Source of the DNA: an uncultured Eubacteriales bacterium
GTDB taxonomy: Bacteria > Acidobacteriota > Aminicenantia > Aminicenantales > Aminicenantaceae
DNA length: 64,000 nt
Reading direction: 5' to 3'
NCBI GenBank assembly: GCA_964449165.1
Contig: CAYVAT010000013.1
Location: 407-64,406, forward strand
The position numbers were made by a program, and so were the translations under genes. Below, piece after piece: positions 58,969 through 64,000 of the stretch (the stretch's first letter is position 1; each line of letters begins with the position of its first letter). The notes beneath the pieces are model-generated. The model was not told where the DNA came from. It saw only the letters and a program-made list of their open reading frames with translations, and searched no databases.

Positions 58969-60375
58969 TTAAACAGAGCGGAGGGCCTGGTCGAGATCCC
59001 TGATAATATCATCCGGATCTTCGGCTCCCACGCAGAGCCGTATCATCTGAGGGGGGACATCCGCCATTTGGCGGGCTTGCTCGCCTTGCTGGAGATGGGT
59101 GGATATGGCCGGGATTGTGGCGATACTTTTGATCCGGCCCAGGTCCCCTGCTCTCATGATTATCTTGAAGCTGTCGAAGACTTTGCGGGCGTTTTGAGCA
59201 GGACCATCCACCCGGAAGCTCAACAGGTGGCCGTAGCGGTTTATCTCGTTTCCCTCTCCGTCGTCCGAATCAACCAGTTTCATGTATTTTCTGGCCAGAT
59301 CGTGGAGAGGGAAGCTGGGAAGTCCCAGATAGTCGACCTGGTATACTCTAGGATGCTGGCTGAGGAATTCAGAAACCTTCTCTGAGTTCTGGCTTAGAAG
59401 ATCCATTTTCGATCGCAGGGTGCGCAGGTCGTTCAAGGTAAAAAGAGCATTCATCGGAGATGCTGCCGGCCCGTTATCGCGGAAGGGAAGAAACTTTATG
59501 TATTCAGCGAACCTTTCTCTGAAAAGCGGATTGTCATTCCTGACTTTGGTGGTGATGGGGTTGCGGCTGATCAAAGCCCCTCCCATGGCCAGTCCCCCTG
59601 AAGTCATGGATTTGGTGAGGGAATGGATGACCAGATCTGCTCCATAGGCGATGGGTCTCATCAGGGCAGGAGTGGCACAGGTGGAATCGATGATGAAGGG
59701 AATATCCCAGGAGTGGGCCAGATCTGCCAAGGCCTTCACATCGCAGAAAGCCTGTTGAGGATTGCTCGGCGCCTCTGCAAAGAGAAAGCGTGTGTTGTCA
59801 TCGATTTTTGCCTTCCATTCTTCTATGTCCTCTGGATGGTGCACCCATCGCACATCGATTCCCCGTTCTTTCATCTTGCGGATCGAGAAATGCTGGTAAG
59901 TGCCTCCATAGATTTGGATGGATGAGACAAAATTTATTTCTTCTGGGCCTTGTTTTTGCTTGACCAGCAGGGCATCCACAGCCAGCATGATGGCTGACAT
60001 CCCGGAAGCCGTCACCACACAGGAGGTCTCGCAGCCAGTTTGGTACCCTTCAAGAAGAGCCAGAAGACATTCCAGATAGTAGGTAGTTGGATTGGCAAAA
60101 CGCGTGTAGCACCAGGTAGGGATGAGATAGGCTAAAGCGGCTTCCAGCTCATCAGAATCGCGGTAGGCCTGTGCTGTTGAAAGGTAGAGAGGCTCTATGA
60201 CAGCCCCCTGGTTCTGGCTCAGAGCTTCCTCCACTGTGTAGAAGCCGTGGACTGCTATGGTGTCGAACTTAAGTTTTTTTACCCGCTTCAGCTCTTCCTG
60301 TTTTTGAGCCAGGAATTTTTTGGCTTGTTCAATGTACTTCTGAACACCGGGTGAATATTTTTGCTCCTTGCTCAT
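58969..60375 (-). CDS. PLP-dependent Cys/Met-metabolism enzyme (O-acetylhomoserine/cystathionine family)
   Basis: HSLTKSMTSGG (PLP-Lys region), about 468 aa, and an N-terminal region typical of the trans-sulfuration family. Confidence 0.6.
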   Translation of the reverse strand: MSKEQKYSPGVQKYIEQAKKFLAQKQEELKRVKKLKFDTIAVHGFYTVEEALSQNQGAVIEPLYLSTAQAYRDSDELEAALAYLIPTWCYTRFANPTTYYLECLLALLEGYQTGCETSCVVTASGMSAIMLAVDALLVKQKQGPEEINFVSSIQIYGGTYQHFSIRKMKERGIDVRWVHHPEDIEEWKAKIDDNTRFLFAEAPSNPQQAFCDVKALADLAHSWDIPFIIDSTCATPALMRPIAYGADLVIHSLTKSMTSGGLAMGGALISRNPITTKVRNDNPLFRERFAEYIKFLPFRDNGPAASPMNALFTLNDLRTLRSKMDLLSQNSEKVSEFLSQHPRVYQVDYLGLPSFPLHDLARKYMKLVDSDDGEGNEINRYGHLLSFRVDGPAQNARKVFDSFKIIMRAGDLGRIKSIATIPAISTHLQQGEQARQMADVPPQMIRLCVGAEDPDDIIRDLDQALRSV

Positions 60376-60443
60376 GCGTCCATCTCCTTAGAAAAGGCCA
60401 CTTGCTTTTTTTTAAAAAAAGAGAGCTGTTTGTCCCTTTTTCC

Positions 60444-61658
60444 TTATCTCTGGTCTTGATGCCGCTTGATAACTTTGCTTAACCTTCTTACTCCCTCGGC
60501 AATCTGGTCCTTGGTGGGGTAAGAAAAATTGATTCTCATGGTATTGAAGCGGCGAAAGTCTTGAGGGTAGAGCACCTCTCCCGGGACGAAAGCCACATTC
60601 TCTTCGATGGCTTTGTAGAAGAGGTCGGTGGTGTTGATATTTTCCGGGCCTGTGATCCAGAGGAAGAGTCCCCCTTCGGATTTTGTCCACTTGACCACCA
60701 TTTCTTCGGGAAAATTCTCTTCCAAGGCCTCGAGGAAGAAATTCAGCTTCTCGGAGTTGTACTTGATGACTTTATCGAAGTGGGCATCCAGGTCATATTC
60801 GCGCAGAAAGGCTGTGCAGATATCCTGGTTGAGCTTTGGAGTGTTGAGTGTGTTTCCTCCCTTTATGAAAGTGAATTTCTGGATAACCTCCGGAGGACCG
60901 ATGTTGAATCCCACGCGAAGGCCAGGGCAGAGGATCTTGGAGAAGGTGTAAATGCCGATGACATTTCCCTGGTTTTTGTCCAGAGAATAAATAGAGGGGA
61001 TGGTCTCTCCTCTGTAGCGCAGCTCCCTGTAAGGGCTGTCCTCCACGATGGGGATTCCAAATTTTTTGCCCAGGGAAAGAAGGGAAAGCCTTTTTTCAAG
61101 GCTCATGGTTATCCCGGAGGGATTCTGGAAATCAGGAACCACATAGATGAACTTGGGCTTTCTGCCCCGGTTGATGGATTGTTCTATCTCCTGCTCCATG
61201 CCTTTAACATCAGATCCATCCTCCTCGATATCGAGGGCGATGTATTTGGCATCTTCCATCTCGAAGGAAGCCAAAGCGCCTCCGAATGTGGGAAGATCTG
61301 AAACGATTAGATCTTGGGGTTCCAGGAAAAGCCTGCCTATCAGGTCGATGCCGTGCTGTCCGGAGGTGGTGATGAGAATATTTTCTGGTTCGATGTGGAT
61401 ATCGTCCCGCTTAAGGTATTCGATGACCGCCTCTATCAGATCATCTTCTCCGGGAACTGAGGAATACTGGAGTACCTGATCCCAGTCTTGTTTGAGTGAT
61501 GTCTCTGCAGCCTTGCGGATAAGGTCGAGAGGAAAGACATCCGGGCTGGGCAGACCTCCTGCGAAAGAGATGACTTTAGGATCACTGATATAACCCATCA
61601 TTTTTCCTATGGTATATCCCTCGTATCCTTGCATGATTTTGGTGAATAATTCTTTCAT
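60444..61658 (-). CDS. PLP-dependent aminotransferase (class I/II fold)
   Basis: YTFSKILCPGLRVGF (Lys-containing SKxxxxPGxR motif), size 404 aa. Confidence 0.65.
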   Translation of the reverse strand: MKELFTKIMQGYEGYTIGKMMGYISDPKVISFAGGLPSPDVFPLDLIRKAAETSLKQDWDQVLQYSSVPGEDDLIEAVIEYLKRDDIHIEPENILITTSGQHGIDLIGRLFLEPQDLIVSDLPTFGGALASFEMEDAKYIALDIEEDGSDVKGMEQEIEQSINRGRKPKFIYVVPDFQNPSGITMSLEKRLSLLSLGKKFGIPIVEDSPYRELRYRGETIPSIYSLDKNQGNVIGIYTFSKILCPGLRVGFNIGPPEVIQKFTFIKGGNTLNTPKLNQDICTAFLREYDLDAHFDKVIKYNSEKLNFFLEALEENFPEEMVVKWTKSEGGLFLWITGPENINTTDLFYKAIEENVAFVPGEVLYPQDFRRFNTMRINFSYPTKDQIAEGVRRLSKVIKRHQDQR

Positions 61659-61680
61659 TGCGTCCCTCTAGAAATTTCTT

Positions 61681-62037
61681 TCATTTGATTTTATAACGAT
61701 TGGGATCGTCAAAGACATCTATCACATGAACCCTGGTCAGGAAAGTTGCTGAATGCACAACCCCTTCAGGGATGAAATACCAGTCTCCCTTGCTGTAAAC
61801 CTTGGTTTTCTTTCCGATGGTCAGCCTCATTTTTCCTTCCACCACCAGCCCCCATTGAGCGCAGTGAGAGTGGGGAGGGACTACTCCTATGGGAAGGATA
61901 TCGAAAAAAACCACTTGCTTATCTTTGCTCTGGATGGCCCAGCCTCTTATTCCTTCCAGAGGTGTATCGATTTCTGGAAGTTCTCTGATTATTCCTGGAT
62001 AGAATGTTTGGTCCTGTTCTTTTTTTGGATTCTTCAT
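61681..62037 (-). CDS. Cupin-domain protein
   Basis: GVVPPHSHCAQWGLVVEG...VHSA contains cupin motif 1 and 2 histidines. Confidence 0.6.
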   Translation of the reverse strand: MKNPKKEQDQTFYPGIIRELPEIDTPLEGIRGWAIQSKDKQVVFFDILPIGVVPPHSHCAQWGLVVEGKMRLTIGKKTKVYSKGDWYFIPEGVVHSATFLTRVHVIDVFDDPNRYKIK

Positions 62038-62082
62038 CTCACCCTTCCTTTTGGAGACAGCCTCCTCATTAGTTGTCCCCGT

Positions 62083-62874
62083 TTACAACAGTCCTTTCAC
62101 CCATCCGCCGTCGACCTGAAGAGAAACTCCGGTAATGTAGGAGGCTCTCTCCGAGGCCAAAAAGGCCACAGCATCGGCGATCTCCTCCGGCCTGCCCAAC
62201 CTTCCCAGAGGAATGTTCTCTTCCACAGCGCGGTAGAAGTCTTCTTCGCTCCCTTTTCCTTTCTTGGCGAATGCCCTGGCCAGCTCTTCGACTCTTTCCG
62301 TCCTGGCGTAACCCGGACAGACCGAGTTTACCGTGATTCCATGGGGGGCCAACTGCTCTGAGAGGGATTTGGAAAAGCCCAGAACTCCAGCCCTTGCCGT
62401 GTTGGAAAGAATCAGGGTTTTCAAGGGTTGCTTGGCCGATATGGAAGTCATGGTAATGATCCGCCCCCATTTCTGTTTTTTCATCAAGGGCATCACTTCA
62501 TAACAGAGATTAACCGTGCTCATAAGATTGAGCTCTAAGGCCTGCCTATAGTCGTCCACAGTAAAATCTTCCACCAAGCCTGCCGGAGGTCCCCCAGCAT
62601 TGCAGACCAGGATATCCACAGCGGAAAACTCGTCCACTGCCTGTTGGACCATCTGTTTGACCTGATCTCTATCTGTAACGTCTGCCACGATGGCCTTAAC
62701 AGCTCCTCCGGTTTCAGAGATGATTTCATCCCTTGTCTTTAAGAGCTTCTCTTTTCCTCTGGCGCAGATAAAGACCTTTGCTCCTTCCCTGGATAACCGG
62801 AGGGCGATGGCCTTTCCCAGGCCACGGCTGGATGCTGCCACCAGAGCCACTCTGTTTCTTATGCCCATATCCAT
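62083..62874 (-). CDS. Short-chain dehydrogenase/reductase (SDR)
   Basis: VALVAASSRGLGKAIA (TGxxxGxG-like), NAG motif (VCNAGGP), YxxxK catalytic region. Confidence 0.8.
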   Translation of the reverse strand: MDMGIRNRVALVAASSRGLGKAIALRLSREGAKVFICARGKEKLLKTRDEIISETGGAVKAIVADVTDRDQVKQMVQQAVDEFSAVDILVCNAGGPPAGLVEDFTVDDYRQALELNLMSTVNLCYEVMPLMKKQKWGRIITMTSISAKQPLKTLILSNTARAGVLGFSKSLSEQLAPHGITVNSVCPGYARTERVEELARAFAKKGKGSEEDFYRAVEENIPLGRLGRPEEIADAVAFLASERASYITGVSLQVDGGWVKGLL

Positions 62875-62900
62875 CTAGTTTCTCCTGGTTTAGTCCCGAT

Positions 62901-63983
62901 TTATTCTCTGTAGGAGATTTTGGCAAACCTTGTCTTATGGCCTCTTCTCATGATCTCCTTAGCGTCTTTGTCACAGCGGACACATTTATGATAGATCACA
63001 TCGCCGATGAAATCCGCCTTCTCGTTTCTTTCTTCATCGGGGAGAAAATAGGCTTCCATGGTATCGTAGGGCCTCGACTCGCCATCGCTTTCGTATTTTA
63101 TGGTCAGATCTTTTCCAGCATCGAGTACCTTATAGGCGTTCTCTGTCCAGTTGAAATCAGCTATTCCCAGGTCGGGATTGATCCTGAGATGGGCAGCTAG
63201 ATAGATTTTGGGAAGGCCCGAGGCCTCGATCTCTTCTGCGCACTGGATGAACGTTTCCGGAGTGGCGGCGTTTCCGATGTTGATCTCGTAGATAGGTGTG
63301 GAGCCGTCATCTCGAATGTATTCTTTGAAGATGTTGAGCAGCATCCGCAGCTGGATGGTGTTCTGGGTGGAGAGCAGCATGGAGATTTTGAAGGAGAGGT
63401 TGGGAATTTCCCGGGCGTAATAGCAGGCTGCCACGATGGTTGACCAGCTGGGATTGAGGTAGAAATTCCCGCCTGTCTCGAGCGCGGCCCGGGTGATTCC
63501 GTCAAGATAAACGAGATGGTTGTTGTTTCCCACTTCCACCCCGCCGAGATTGCCGAAGGGAGTCCCCATATTCTTCAGGATGATCTGGTTTAAACCTTCA
63601 CCCAGATCCCTTCTTTCGAATTTCTCGCCGGTGACTTTCTCCACTCTCAAAAACCTCTCCTCAGGAAGTGGGGTGCCCAGGAGGTTGGTGGAGCAGAACT
63701 TGCTTGCTCCTAGAATATTTTCAGCCATGGCCAGAGTTGCCAGAAGGTCTCCGCTGTAAACATAGTTCTCCGTCAGTCCGACCACAGAAATCATCTCGGT
63801 GGGAAAGAGCACATCCCCGTTCTCAGCCACTCTTTTTATGCAGTCAAAGGTGGGACGGGCTCCCTGAAAGCCGGAGACTTGAGCTGTGCAGATACCCTCC
63901 TTGCTGGTTGTGATTCCTTCTTTCTTTATAAAGTCCTCCACCTTGGCAAATTTCTTCACATATTCTTCTGCTCGCTCCAGCAT
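62901..63983 (-). CDS. Uncharacterized conserved protein of about 360 aa
   Basis: An intact ORF with good codon periodicity and no motif I can assign by eye. It is co-oriented with the SDR, cupin and PLP-enzyme genes. Confidence 0.4.
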   Translation of the reverse strand: MLERAEEYVKKFAKVEDFIKKEGITTSKEGICTAQVSGFQGARPTFDCIKRVAENGDVLFPTEMISVVGLTENYVYSGDLLATLAMAENILGASKFCSTNLLGTPLPEERFLRVEKVTGEKFERRDLGEGLNQIILKNMGTPFGNLGGVEVGNNNHLVYLDGITRAALETGGNFYLNPSWSTIVAACYYAREIPNLSFKISMLLSTQNTIQLRMLLNIFKEYIRDDGSTPIYEINIGNAATPETFIQCAEEIEASGLPKIYLAAHLRINPDLGIADFNWTENAYKVLDAGKDLTIKYESDGESRPYDTMEAYFLPDEERNEKADFIGDVIYHKCVRCDKDAKEIMRRGHKTRFAKISYRE

Positions 63984-64000
63984 TTCCCCGTAGCCTTTAT

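Overview
This 64 kb window comes from an anaerobic, probably diderm bacterium. The evidence for that is sigma-54 regulation, Tat export, outer-membrane beta-barrel proteins and many Fe-S/flavin redox proteins. Roughly the first 18 kb is a dense redox island. On the plus strand (1-12265) sits an operon-like array: a NuoF/GltD-type NAD(P)H flavoprotein, a 1096-aa NuoG-N-terminus::HdrA fusion, two MvhD paralogs flanking a DsrE-like/TusA-like sulfur-carrier pair, two complementary HdrA-like modules and two FrhB/FdhB-family paralogs. No CCG-domain HdrB/HdrC appears anywhere in the window. Convergent on the minus strand (12262-18042) is a group-3c-like [NiFe] hydrogenase operon: hdrA, mvhD, mvhG (small subunit), mvhA (large subunit) and a maturation protease, preceded by an ArsR-family regulator and a palindromic candidate operator. 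Next come a PAS histidine kinase, a sigma-54 (NtrC-type) activator, a canonical sigma-54 promoter and a receiver protein with a Cys-rich C-terminal domain. They are followed by a six-gene cluster on the minus strand (two DRTGG proteins, two small GHKL ATPases, an [FeFe]-hydrogenase-like protein with degenerate H-cluster motifs, and a PHP phosphoesterase) that lies next to a decayed [NiFe]-hydrogenase large-subunit fragment. The middle of the window holds tRNA-Lys/tRNA-Glu, two tandem outer-membrane beta-barrel paralogs, a secreted GH38 alpha-mannosidase flanked by two copies of a ~75-nt structured repeat, a VWA-domain protein, small RNA-binding proteins and tRNA-Val. From 38 kb onward the content is housekeeping: rplU-rpmA-obg-nadD-rsfS-rlmH, hsp20, rsmI, nadE, ligA, murB, murA, and a Tat-exported M24 peptidase. 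The window ends with a group of PLP enzymes, a cupin, an SDR oxidoreductase and an uncharacterized protein. All functional calls are by eye from motifs, since no searches could be run. The standout candidates are the HdrBC-less Hdr/Mvh/FrhB/NuoF array with an embedded DsrE/TusA pair, the sensory hydrogenase-like cluster, and the repeated hairpin element.
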